Of a DNA stretch of 61,419 bases, positions 37,492 through 46,822 are shown piece by piece. The stretch covers positions 122,114 through 183,532 of the IMG/VR virus record IMGVR_UViG_3300035529_000070; one strand, given 5' to 3'. This stretch comes from a virus. Position 1 is the stretch's first letter. The number at the start of each line of letters is the position of its first letter. Below the pieces are notes generated by a model. The model was not told the origin of the DNA, searched no databases, and saw only the letters and a program-made list of their open reading frames with translations. The translations under genes were made by a program, and so were the position numbers.

Positions 37492-40400
37492 TTACAAACA
37501 TTTAGCAGTTCCACAATTGGTACAAGTAACGCAACCTTCGGTTTTTCGCATACTATTTACTTCACCACACGCAGGACATACAGTGTTGCCTTCATCATCT
37601 AAATACACATTGCTTTTTGAGTCGTATACCATATCTTTCATTTCTTCCTTAGAATAATGTGTTTTTTTGGTTTTCTTTTTAATGGTTACATTACTCAATA
37701 TTTCTGGGATCTCCTTAAAAGCATCTTCTAATGCTTTACCTATTTCAGGGACGTAAGATCCTTTTGTTTTTTTAAGTTGTTTAACAATTTCCTCTTGAGA
37801 TACACCAGCTCTCAAAGCCACTGAGGACAATCTTCCAATAACTTCTGCAGTATCATGCCCGTTAGATATAAATATTTCAGCAGGAGACAACGTATCTATA
37901 TCAGCAGAGACATTAATATAAGTGGTACCTTCCTGAGTTTTAACTTTCTTGTTAATTGCCGGCATAGTTTCAAGTCTTGGTTTCGGTCTTATCTTGTGAT
38001 TTTGATCTAAAATAAATGAATATCCATCAACCATATGCTGGGTTTTTTTATGTTCTTCCTCTTTGTTTTGGTCTTTATCTTTTTTCTTCGTTTCTAACAC
38101 TTGCATACTTAAACTTCCATCCCTATAAATAGTGATCCCTTTTATGAAATATTTTAATGCAGCAAGATAAATATTTTTTACATCTTCTATAGTTGCTTCA
38201 TTTGGCATATTTATAGTTTTAGAAACAGATGCATCTATATATTCCTGAAAAGCAACTTGCATATAAAGATGTTCTAAAGGTTTAATGGATTGAGCAGTTA
38301 CGAATACTTTTTTCATCTTTTCATCTACACCATTAAGATTAGAAAGATCATTTAATTTCATTATTTCATCTTCAATAGCAACTAACTCATCTACTGTTTT
38401 ATAATCTTCAACCTTTTCTGCTTCTATTTGAAATTTTTCTACTTTTTCCATTAATTCTAAATAATATTCATTATCGTGTTCTTTAATATACTTTTTGAGC
38501 ATTTCATTTATATACAACATAGGTACTCTTTTACCATTTTTATTCAATAAAAATCTCGTATAAGCTAAGCTGAAATTAGGTTCCAATCCAGCAGATACAT
38601 CAGAAATATTAGACAATGTTCCTGTAGGAGCGATTGTATTTACTTGAACATTTCTTTTCCATCTTCTAGCAGTAGTAGCAAAATGTTCTTTAATTAGTTC
38701 GTTAAGTTGTTTCAAATTGTCAGTTACATCTAATACTTCATTTGATTCAGTATGCATAGGAAAAGGTATATGTCCATCTACATATCTTGACTTATCAAAT
38801 GACCTGAAATTGCCTTTTTCTTGTCCAAGTTCAGAACTTGTCAAGTGGGCGAAATAAGCGATAGAAGCTTGTATTTCTGCTGCTAAATTTCTGGCCTGTT
38901 TATCTCCATAAGGTATCTCTTTTTCATATAATAAATCGGCAAATCCCATAAGACCTAATCCTATAAATCTTTGATCTTTTGCTGTTTCTGCCAATTCATC
39001 TAAAGGATACATATTTACTGAGACAACATCATCTAAAAACGTAGTTGTATGTTTAACAACTTCATGGAAAGCGTCAAAATCTTTTGTTCCTACAACATAA
39101 AACTCTGGATATTTTTCATTTATAATTTTTAAATTCAAACTACCTAAGTTACAAGAGCCATGGTTAGGAAGTGTCTCTTCACCACAATTATGGCATATAA
39201 ATCCATTAACTACACCAGCATGTGTTTTATCCATAGAAAAGTCGTATACTGGCTCTATACCATTTTCAATTATTTCTGTTACATAACCATAAGGAACGAT
39301 TGAAGGATCTTTTTCTTCTGAAAATTTCGAATCAATATATTCAAAAACGGCTATCTTTCTATTAAGCATATCTTTTGCTTCCATCCAATCTTGTGTTTCA
39401 TGATCAAATACTTTATGTTCCGGTGTTACAGTTAACGACCCTAAGTTATCAGTAACCAAAGTTATAGTTTTCTTATCTCCAGTTTTAAATACATCTGCTT
39501 TAACATACTCATTATCAAAAGGAGACCACACATTAACAGTTTGACCATCCAATTCGCCTATACTTATTTCTCCTTTATCGGTTAATATTTTTTCGTCATA
39601 ACCAAAACATGGATTAGTTGCAGTTACCGGAGTATTGTTTGCGTTAGCATAATATTCATTGTGTCTGCCTAAAAATAATAATCCAGGGTCTCCTGCTTTC
39701 CAAGCATTTTCTGCCATAGTATTTAGCATGGATTTGGCAGATAATTCTCCATATTTCGTACCTTTAAAAGTCAAATCATAATTTTCTCCATTTTGATATT
39801 TCTCTAAAAAATCTTCTGTGTTATCTAAATTTACAGAAATATTGAAGTAAGATAAAACGTTATTGCCATTATTATTTTTTTTAGCGTGGATAAAATCCAT
39901 AATATCAGGATGGTCATGTTTCATAACGCCCATCTGAGCTGCTCTCCTTTTACCACCTTGTTGAATTGTAGAAGCACTGGTGTTATATACGCTCATAAAG
40001 CTAATAGGCCCAGATGAGTATCCTGAAGTACCATGAACAACAGCACCTTTAGGTCTCAAAGTGCTGAAATCATATCCGACCCCACCACCGTATTTTAATA
40101 TTAAAGCAGATTTTTTAACATATTCAAAAATTCCATCCATGGAATCATCTTCTGTATAATTAACGAAACAGGCAGATAACATATTATGCTTAGTTCTATT
40201 GTTGTAAATTTTCATATAATCATCTAAATCCATTAGATCAATATCTTTTCTGAACCATTCAATTGGCATCCCTTCGCCAGCATTAAACATTGTTGGAGAA
40301 TTAGGTAAAAAAATTCTTTTATTTATTAACTCAAAATAAATTTCTTCTTTTCTTTTAATTTCCTTTAATAGATCATCACCTTCATAGAAACCATCAGATA

Positions 40401-40551
40401 TAACGGCTGTAGCTACATATCTAGCTACTCTTCTGGATACATGTTCCCATTTGCTTTCTGTATATTCCTCCATGTGTTTGAGAAATATCCTGTCTTTTAA
40501 AATAGCAACTGCATTTTTTGACATTTCGTAGTTGTCAAATACATCAAACAT
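37492..40551 (-). CDS. nrdJ: Class II (B12-dependent) ribonucleotide reductase, intein-containing, with C-terminal TSCPD-like and Zn-ribbon domains
   Basis: PNSPTMFNAG, LSACF, GGGVG, TNP-C-GE (split by intein), CNLGS, TIAPTGT, SKTINMP, KGITIYRDGS, CPAC...CTNC. Confidence 0.93.
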   Translation of the reverse strand: MFDVFDNYEMSKNAVAILKDRIFLKHMEEYTESKWEHVSRRVARYVATAVISDGFYEGDDLLKEIKRKEEIYFELINKRIFLPNSPTMFNAGEGMPIEWFRKDIDLMDLDDYMKIYNNRTKHNMLSACFVNYTEDDSMDGIFEYVKKSALILKYGGGVGYDFSTLRPKGAVVHGTSGYSSGPISFMSVYNTSASTIQQGGKRRAAQMGVMKHDHPDIMDFIHAKKNNNGNNVLSYFNISVNLDNTEDFLEKYQNGENYDLTFKGTKYGELSAKSMLNTMAENAWKAGDPGLLFLGRHNEYYANANNTPVTATNPCFGYDEKILTDKGEISIGELDGQTVNVWSPFDNEYVKADVFKTGDKKTITLVTDNLGSLTVTPEHKVFDHETQDWMEAKDMLNRKIAVFEYIDSKFSEEKDPSIVPYGYVTEIIENGIEPVYDFSMDKTHAGVVNGFICHNCGEETLPNHGSCNLGSLNLKIINEKYPEFYVVGTKDFDAFHEVVKHTTTFLDDVVSVNMYPLDELAETAKDQRFIGLGLMGFADLLYEKEIPYGDKQARNLAAEIQASIAYFAHLTSSELGQEKGNFRSFDKSRYVDGHIPFPMHTESNEVLDVTDNLKQLNELIKEHFATTARRWKRNVQVNTIAPTGTLSNISDVSAGLEPNFSLAYTRFLLNKNGKRVPMLYINEMLKKYIKEHDNEYYLELMEKVEKFQIEAEKVEDYKTVDELVAIEDEIMKLNDLSNLNGVDEKMKKVFVTAQSIKPLEHLYMQVAFQEYIDASVSKTINMPNEATIEDVKNIYLAALKYFIKGITIYRDGSLSMQVLETKKKDKDQNKEEEHKKTQHMVDGYSFILDQNHKIRPKPRLETMPAINKKVKTQEGTTYINVSADIDTLSPAEIFISNGHDTAEVIGRLSSVALRAGVSQEEIVKQLKKTKGSYVPEIGKALEDAFKEIPEILSNVTIKKKTKKTHYSKEEMKDMVYDSKSNVYLDDEGNTVCPACGEVNSMRKTEGCVTCTNCGTAKCL
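39187..39609 (-). mobile_element. 141-aa mini-intein in nrdJ (no homing endonuclease)
   Basis: N-term CFGYDEKILT, block B TVTPEHKVF, block F VYDF, C-term HN followed by Cys+1 (CGEE). Confidence 0.92.
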
Positions 40552-40560
40552 ACATTTAGC

Positions 40561-40606
40561 CTCCTTATATAGTATGAAGAGAAAAAAATAAAACTACATA
40601 TTGTGT
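40561..40606 (-). promoter_or_regulatory. Tandem NrdR boxes
   Basis: ACACAATATGTAGTT (40606-40592) and ATACTATATAAGGAG (40575-40561), 31 bp apart; second overlaps the SD. Confidence 0.7.
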
Positions 40607-40630
40607 AGTTTACTTTTTTTCTGCTACTCA

Positions 40631-40659
40631 ATAATACCATGAGTAACTAAAATCGTCAA
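40631..40659 (-). promoter_or_regulatory. sigma70 promoter of nrdJ
   Basis: TTGACG-17-TATTAT with TG extension. Confidence 0.7.
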
Positions 40660-40661
40660 TG

Positions 40662-40826
40662 TTAATTTTTGTTATCTTCCAATTTTTTTACTACTAGATC
40701 AAAGAAGTCTTTAGTTGTTTCAACAGCTTTTTGTACTGACTGTGGATTATTAACATCAGCCATTATAAGTTTTCTCTTATAATATTCATAATAATCATCT
40801 AAAGATCTTATCAAATCTTCTATCAT
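40662..40826 (-). CDS. Unannotated 54-aa protein (MIEDLIRSLDDYYEYYKRKL...)
   Basis: Open frame with GGTGGTG SD filling the tmk-nrdJ gap. Confidence 0.55.
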   Translation of the reverse strand: MIEDLIRSLDDYYEYYKRKLIMADVNNPQSVQKAVETTKDFFDLVVKKLEDNKN

Positions 40827-40893
40827 ATATAAACATCACCACCTATAAATTCAATGAAAAAAGCGGGCATTTAGCCCGCCTAAAGGAGTAATC

Positions 40894-41484
40894 TTAGAAA
40901 CCTAATGTAGCTCTTATGTCTTTAATCAACTTGTTAATAGGTTGATTTCCATTGATTATTTTATAATTCCTATTCGGGAATTGTTTAGGCAGATCCCTAA
41001 AATAGGATAACATATCTTGTATTTTTTTAAAGTTCAATTCTGATTCAATAGCATCCAATTTTTCTCTATTATACAAGCGTTCATGAACTGTTTCCACATC
41101 TGAATCTATGATAAAAGTTATGTCTGGATCCACATAAGCTTCTCTACCTATTCGTTCTATATTTTTAATTCCAAATCTTTTTCTGATACCTTGATATATA
41201 AAGGTTGAATCTATATATCTATCCATAATAATGATTTTATTTTCTTTTTTATGTTTTATTATTTCTCTTTTAAGAGATGCTTTTGCAGTTAGAAAGACAT
41301 ACAATTCTTCTTCTTTAGTTAAAGTATTTTCTTTTAAAAAACGCCTTAAATATTCTCCTAACTTAGTAGTTCCAGGATCTCTCAACATCACAACATCATA
41401 TCCATCTTCCTTTAAACTTTTTGATAAATTCTTTGCAACAGTAGTTTTTCCAACAGCTTCTATGCCTTCTAAAGTTATAAACAA
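40894..41484 (-). CDS. tmk: Thymidylate kinase
   Basis: FITLEGIEAVGKTT P-loop, RDPG, DRYIDS..YQG, PDITF. Confidence 0.92.
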   Translation of the reverse strand: MFITLEGIEAVGKTTVAKNLSKSLKEDGYDVVMLRDPGTTKLGEYLRRFLKENTLTKEEELYVFLTAKASLKREIIKHKKENKIIIMDRYIDSTFIYQGIRKRFGIKNIERIGREAYVDPDITFIIDSDVETVHERLYNREKLDAIESELNFKKIQDMLSYFRDLPKQFPNRNYKIINGNQPINKLIKDIRATLGF

Positions 41485-41489
41485 TCAAA

Positions 41490-42497
41490 TCATTCCTTAT
41501 CAAAAGATATTGTTATTTGGTTATCTTTTTTCTTCATATTTAAAATTTTATCTTTTGAAGACATGTTTTCTAATTTATCTAGAAAATCTATCAACTCTGT
41601 TTTAGGGATGTCAAAATTTATATCAATATTGCCTACTATATTGATACTTTCTTCTGGTTTATTTGGCATTTTTACACTCTCCTTTGTTTTTGATTTATCT
41701 TCTATATAGTGTTTGATTAAGTTATCAGCAATATATCCTGATTTTTTGTATGCTTCTTCAGTATCATGTTTGAATGGATATTTTATAAAATGGTTAAAAG
41801 ATTCAATATTGTTATTTGTGAGTTTGAATTGCTGATATTTAGACACAAAATCCATGTATGATTTTACTTTAACTTTCATTTTAGCATATTGTTTTTCATC
41901 AAGGTCAAATTTGACAGTTTTTCCTACACTTCTAATGCCAAACAAAGAAAAAGTATTTATATGAAAATCATATATTGCTTTTGAAACACTAGGTATTTGT
42001 TTAAACCCAACTTTTTTCAAAGCATTCATAAATTGTTCAGCGTTATTCACCGAACGCCCAGATACTTTGCTTATAGCATAAAAAGCTTTTGTCAGTGCAT
42101 CATTTATCCTAGAAAACTCTCTTTTTGTAAAACTATTAAAGTTTCTATTCCACCAATCATTCATATGCATAAGCTCTAATAATTGATTATGATTATACAT
42201 AAAACTTCTAGGAATTGTTAATGGCTTGTTATCGTGAGATAACACTATTACAGGGCCAGAATAAAACATAGAATCAGAATCGTTTTTTAACATACTAAAA
42301 AAGTCTAAAGTTCTACCTATAGCAATTAAATGTTTATTCAAAATTATAGATTTTATTCTATCATCAAAAGCTTTAATTGGAATTACATGGTATTTAGATT
42401 CATTTACTGTAGGATAAGATAGGCCTTCATAGTTAACTCTATCTACCTGATGCATAAAGTCATTTAAAGCTTGCATATGGCCTTGGTGCTCTAGCAT
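41490..42497 (-). CDS. Hypothetical protein
   Basis: 335-aa ORF in operon with tmk. Confidence 0.65.
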   Translation of the reverse strand: MLEHQGHMQALNDFMHQVDRVNYEGLSYPTVNESKYHVIPIKAFDDRIKSIILNKHLIAIGRTLDFFSMLKNDSDSMFYSGPVIVLSHDNKPLTIPRSFMYNHNQLLELMHMNDWWNRNFNSFTKREFSRINDALTKAFYAISKVSGRSVNNAEQFMNALKKVGFKQIPSVSKAIYDFHINTFSLFGIRSVGKTVKFDLDEKQYAKMKVKVKSYMDFVSKYQQFKLTNNNIESFNHFIKYPFKHDTEEAYKKSGYIADNLIKHYIEDKSKTKESVKMPNKPEESINIVGNIDINFDIPKTELIDFLDKLENMSSKDKILNMKKKDNQITISFDKE

Positions 42498-42498
42498 T

Positions 42499-43131
42499 TT
42501 ACCCCCACCTTTGTTGTAGTATATATTGTTTTATCTTTTCTTTATCGGATCTTTTTAGATAATAAAAACCATTAACCCTTTTATACTCAAAATGGTCTCT
42601 TACTTTTTTAGCTTGATAAGGATTAATTTTTTTATATTCAGGTAGATCCGATGCAAAAAAATAAAGTTTTGCAATATCCAATGCTTCAATAGGATTCAAA
42701 TGATTCACTAACTTGAATTCAGAAGGATATTTATGTCTTAATTCTATTAAAGCATTTTGTTCCTCAGGCGTTGGTAAAAGCATGTACTTACCATTTATAA
42801 TTTCATAGTTAAATGAAGATTCTCCATGTTTTACAGATTTATACAATAGAACTCTTAACCTATAAATATTCATATCCAAAGCTTCAGCTAAATTTCTTAA
42901 CAATTTTATTTGTTTATTTTTTTTATCCAAATATTCTTTTCTTCTGTTTTTAGAAGACGTTTTGCCACTCAACAATTTGAAATTGTCGTTAAAATAAAGT
43001 TTGCCATCATCATTTTTCTTCTCTACAAAAACACCATCTTGAGCAATTAAAATCTCAATTTCTTCTTGAGATAAATCTTTTATATCATCATATTTTCTAT
43101 CTAACGCAATCATATTAGTCCCCTCCAGCAT
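42499..43131 (-). CDS. Hypothetical basic protein
   Basis: 210-aa ORF; TTGACA-17-TAAAAT promoter at ~43171-43143. Confidence 0.65.
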   Translation of the reverse strand: MLEGTNMIALDRKYDDIKDLSQEEIEILIAQDGVFVEKKNDDGKLYFNDNFKLLSGKTSSKNRRKEYLDKKNKQIKLLRNLAEALDMNIYRLRVLLYKSVKHGESSFNYEIINGKYMLLPTPEEQNALIELRHKYPSEFKLVNHLNPIEALDIAKLYFFASDLPEYKKINPYQAKKVRDHFEYKRVNGFYYLKRSDKEKIKQYILQQRWG

Positions 43132-43220
43132 TTTCTATACAAATTTTATCGTGAAATTATAGTTTTGTCAATGATAATTAGACTTTATGCTATAAAAAAC
43201 AATGTTACAATGTTTTTGAG

Positions 43221-43427
43221 GTGATGATTATGAAAAGAGATATTGTTAATCAATACAGAAAAATTCAGGCAGATTTCTGGAATGAATGGGGTTCTTTATC
43301 AAAAGAATTTCATCTTTTAAGAGAAAATGTATTTCAAATATATTTAGAAGATCCAAATCAAGCTAAAGAAATTATAAGAGAATTGCATAATGTATTGAAA
43401 CACTTTAAAGAAAATAGCCGACGTTAA
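43221..43427 (+). CDS. Small hypothetical protein
   Basis: GAGGTG SD; terminator-like GCCGAC/GTCGGT hairpin after it. Confidence 0.55.
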   Translation: MMIMKRDIVNQYRKIQADFWNEWGSLSKEFHLLRENVFQIYLEDPNQAKEIIRELHNVLKHFKENSRR

Positions 43428-43481
43428 GTCGGTTTTTCTTTTGCTAATTTGGGTTTCGTGTGATATAATATGTAGAAAGGA

Positions 43482-43772
43482 GTGAAGAATATGGTTTCAA
43501 AACACCAGTCGGAATTAATCAAAAACAGTATGAATGTATTGCAAAAAAAGTATTCAAGAATAGATACAACAAAAATTAAATTCATCAACCACTCACGGAA
43601 TATTGTAGTGTTGGAAAATGATAAATATTTATATAGAATCAACTTGTCAACAAAAAATATTGAAAGGCTGAAAAAACGAAATGTAGAAAATATTAAATTC
43701 GAATTATTAACAGATATTTATTACGATGCTTATTTATTAGAAAAGAAACACCAACGATTAAATAAAAAATAA
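43482..43772 (+). CDS. Small basic hypothetical protein
   Basis: TTGCTA-17-TATAAT promoter 43441-43469, AAGGAG SD. Confidence 0.6.
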   Translation: MKNMVSKHQSELIKNSMNVLQKKYSRIDTTKIKFINHSRNIVVLENDKYLYRINLSTKNIERLKKRNVENIKFELLTDIYYDAYLLEKKHQRLNKK

Positions 43773-43787
43773 AAATGATGAATAATT

Positions 43788-43806
43788 TTGGTATATATTA
43801 TATGTT
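43788..43806 (+). promoter_or_regulatory. Phage promoter-like motif, copy 3
   Basis: TTGGTATATATTATATGTT. Confidence 0.6.
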
Positions 43807-43824
43807 AATCTTACACATAAAGGA

Positions 43825-44748
43825 GTGATCAAAATGTCGGTAAAATTATTTGATGGAAAGGCCAGAGTAGGAATATCTGGGAATTTTTTAATGTATCATT
43901 CAGACTATGCAGATCATCAAGCTATAGTTGCACAAGCAGGAAAGCCAAGAGGATTGACTTGGGATCCTGATGAAAGGAAATGGAAAGTTGGGCTAGAAAA
44001 TGTTGTGGCAGTCCAATCTTTTATTGATTGGCTTGAAACAAACAGACAAGATGCATTTGCTGTTGAACAGATGATAGAAAACGGTAAGAATCAAAAATTC
44101 AACATGAAAAAATCTAATTTCTTGGATTTAATCTGGAGGAACAAAGCAGTAAAACAAAGATTGCAAAACTTTACTTCTTTTGAGTCTATTATGAAATATA
44201 TAGATACTGCTTCAATATTAACTAATGAATTTTTTGTATTCTACAGTCAATTTAAAGCATTTTATGTTGTTGAAATTCAGGCAAATTCAAATGAAGTATT
44301 GTTGTTTAAACATGAGCTAATAGATAATTCAAAAATCGTATTATCTGTCTCAACAAAAGAATTAGACGTTAGTGGCAGTTTAACGCTTGTGACTTCTCAA
44401 ATATTGCAACATCACTCAGAAATTTATTATGATCTAAGCACAACAATATTTGAGTTTCCAAAGCAAAAAGTAACAGATGAGATGGTTTTGGAAGACTTAG
44501 GTTTAGTTCAAGAAGATGAGGAGGTAGATGAAAGTGTGCAAGAAGATATTATAGAAGAAGAAAATAGTAATACAAAAGAAACTAAAGACACTAAAACGGT
44601 TAAGAAAACAGAGGGAAAAAAATCTAAGCAAAAGAAAACGCAGGTAAAAATAATAGATGAAGATTTTGATCCTTTAGAAGAAACAAATTCAAAGCAAAAG
44701 TTAAATCTCATTCCAAAAGATGAGGAAGAAAGAAGCGAATACGAATAA
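43825..44748 (+). CDS. Hypothetical protein, N-terminal HARP-like motif
   Basis: GLTWDPDERKWKV; acidic/Lys-rich tail. Confidence 0.55.
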   Translation: MIKMSVKLFDGKARVGISGNFLMYHSDYADHQAIVAQAGKPRGLTWDPDERKWKVGLENVVAVQSFIDWLETNRQDAFAVEQMIENGKNQKFNMKKSNFLDLIWRNKAVKQRLQNFTSFESIMKYIDTASILTNEFFVFYSQFKAFYVVEIQANSNEVLLFKHELIDNSKIVLSVSTKELDVSGSLTLVTSQILQHHSEIYYDLSTTIFEFPKQKVTDEMVLEDLGLVQEDEEVDESVQEDIIEEENSNTKETKDTKTVKKTEGKKSKQKKTQVKIIDEDFDPLEETNSKQKLNLIPKDEEERSEYE

Positions 44749-44766
44749 GAGAGGAGATGTATTTAA

Positions 44767-45006
44767 ATGTTTAAAGTATTTAATTACAATGGTGAGAGTT
44801 TAGAGTTAAAAGAAAATAACAAAAATTATATTGTTGTATTAAACACTACGTATGGTAGAAGATTTCATAAGAAGACAGAATATAAATTTACAAGCAAAGA
44901 GAATGCGCTTAAAAAATATGTAGAGTTAAAAAATGAATATAACATGAAGCCAATGAATAATGCAATTAAAAATATAGCTAGGAGGCGAAAAACATGGGTA
45001 GAATAA
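44767..45006 (+). CDS. WGR-like domain protein
   Basis: YIVVLNTTYGR...FTSKENALKKYVELK resembles the WGR consensus. Confidence 0.45.
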   Translation: MFKVFNYNGESLELKENNKNYIVVLNTTYGRRFHKKTEYKFTSKENALKKYVELKNEYNMKPMNNAIKNIARRRKTWVE

Positions 45007-46421
45007 AAAAAATAGTTGGAGTTAATGCTTTATCAATACGAGACGAATTGGAATTTACAACAAAGAAAATGAATTTTATACAGGGAGAAAATGGCACAGG
45101 CAAATCGTCTGTGCTTGAAATAATACAAAAAGGATTCACTGGTAAAAGTAAAAGAAAGGAATTTGTAAACAAAGATTCTGATGAAGCTATCATAGAAATA
45201 GAATTAGATAGTGGAATAAACATTAAAAGGAATATCAAAAAAGATGGGAAGGAAAGATTAACTGTAGAGCAAAACGGAGAAAAAGTAAATGCTCCAGCAA
45301 CATTTTTAAAGAAATTATTAGGCAATTCTGAATATAATTTTTCTCCTACAGACTTTATACAAGAAGATCCAAAAAAAAGAAAAGAGATGTTGTTGAAAGT
45401 ATTGGACGTTGATTTTAAACCGGAAGATGTAGATAAAGAGTTCGGAGAGAAAGTAAAATATGAAATCAACATTAATAGACATCCTCTAGAGTTCTTAAAA
45501 GATATAGAAAAATATTTCTATGATTTAAGAAAAGATGCCAATACAGAAGTCAGAAACACAAAAACAGAATTAGAAGGGCTACAACAATCTCTTCCTGAAA
45601 ATTATGATAAAGACAAGTGGGAAAACTTTTCAATTAAAGAATTGTATGAGAAAATAGAATCAGCTAAAACACATAACGAAAAAGTTGCAGAAGCAAAAAG
45701 ATTTATAGAAAATGTAGACAAAGATATAGCAGATAGAAAGGAAAAAGTAGAAAATTACTTAATAGCTCAAGAAGATAAAACTAAAGTTGAAATACAAGAT
45801 TTAGAAAACCAAATTAAAGCATTACAAAGAAGAATAGAAGATAAAAAAGAAAATTTAAAATCCATAAAGACAGAGAAAAAAGAACAAATGGCAGAATATG
45901 AAAAGAATAAATTAGAAGAAAAGAAAGAAGCAGAAAAAATTGCCAAACAACCAATACTAGATTATATTGAATTAGAAAAAGAGGCAGAAAAAGCTGATGA
46001 AATGAGAAGCTTTATAAAAACGGCAAACTATGTAGAACAATTATCAAGCTCTTTAGAAGAAAAAGAAAAGATAGCGAAAGATTATGATGAAAAAGTTAAA
46101 AGGGCAAGAGAAATACCTGGTGAATTATTGGCAAAAGCAAAAATTCCTATCGAAGGCTTAGAAATACACGGAGATGATATCACTATCAATGGATTACCAA
46201 TAGAAAATTTAAATACTTCGCAAATTATAAGATTATCAGTAGACATAGCTAAATTATTGTCTGGGGAAATAAAAGTAATATTGATAGATAGATTCGAATC
46301 ATTATCAGATAAATCTAAAAAAGAGTTTTATGAAGCTGTCAAAGATGATGAGTTTACCTATTTTATTGCTGAAGTTACAGATAGCGATACATTACAAATC
46401 AGAAGAAGTGATTTAAAATGA
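44994..46421 (+). CDS. Rad50/SbcC-like coiled-coil ABC-ATPase
   Basis: GENGTGKSS Walker A, long coiled coil, LNTSQ signature variant, ILIDRFESL Walker B. Confidence 0.8.
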   Translation: MGRIKKIVGVNALSIRDELEFTTKKMNFIQGENGTGKSSVLEIIQKGFTGKSKRKEFVNKDSDEAIIEIELDSGINIKRNIKKDGKERLTVEQNGEKVNAPATFLKKLLGNSEYNFSPTDFIQEDPKKRKEMLLKVLDVDFKPEDVDKEFGEKVKYEININRHPLEFLKDIEKYFYDLRKDANTEVRNTKTELEGLQQSLPENYDKDKWENFSIKELYEKIESAKTHNEKVAEAKRFIENVDKDIADRKEKVENYLIAQEDKTKVEIQDLENQIKALQRRIEDKKENLKSIKTEKKEQMAEYEKNKLEEKKEAEKIAKQPILDYIELEKEAEKADEMRSFIKTANYVEQLSSSLEEKEKIAKDYDEKVKRAREIPGELLAKAKIPIEGLEIHGDDITINGLPIENLNTSQIIRLSVDIAKLLSGEIKVILIDRFESLSDKSKKEFYEAVKDDEFTYFIAEVTDSDTLQIRRSDLK

Positions 46422-46774
46422 ATATATTAAATCTAACAGAACATCCAATATTAGTATTAGATTATAGAACTAATGAAGTTATACTTGATTTAAAGGCTTC
46501 AGATGTCGCGGCAAGGGTTATCGAGCAAAAATATAAAAAAGCAGAATTAAATGGCGTGCCTATTATGGGATATAAAAACACAAAAGTTATCAATATGCCA
46601 GAACCCGCCAAAGACACTTATTATGTTGTATCAAAAATAGTGTACGACACACTTAAAAACGAAAGAAATGATTTATTAACCCCGGATAGTGGAAATGCTA
46701 TAAGAGATAACAGGGGTAAAGTATTTGGGGTAACTGCGTTATTAGGTAGTATGGAAGACAATACTGTTAAATAA
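46418..46774 (+). CDS. Conserved-looking phage protein (NLTxH...PEP..D.YYVVS...R.DLLTPD...RD..G family)
   Basis: Motif pattern recognisable from phage hypotheticals; function unknown. Confidence 0.55.
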   Translation: MNILNLTEHPILVLDYRTNEVILDLKASDVAARVIEQKYKKAELNGVPIMGYKNTKVINMPEPAKDTYYVVSKIVYDTLKNERNDLLTPDSGNAIRDNRGKVFGVTALLGSMEDNTVK

Positions 46775-46822
46775 TAAAAGAGGGCTTTATGCCCTCTTAA
46801 TTTTATAAGGAGGCATGGCAAT

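Noticed and set aside
44978-45472. 164-aa minus-strand ORF
   Set aside because: Antisense to the Rad50-like ATPase gene
46418-46774. Anti-CRISPR ring nuclease (AcrIII-1/DUF1874)
   Set aside because: Similar size but lacks the recalled NAFS and GH motifs; no support without a profile search
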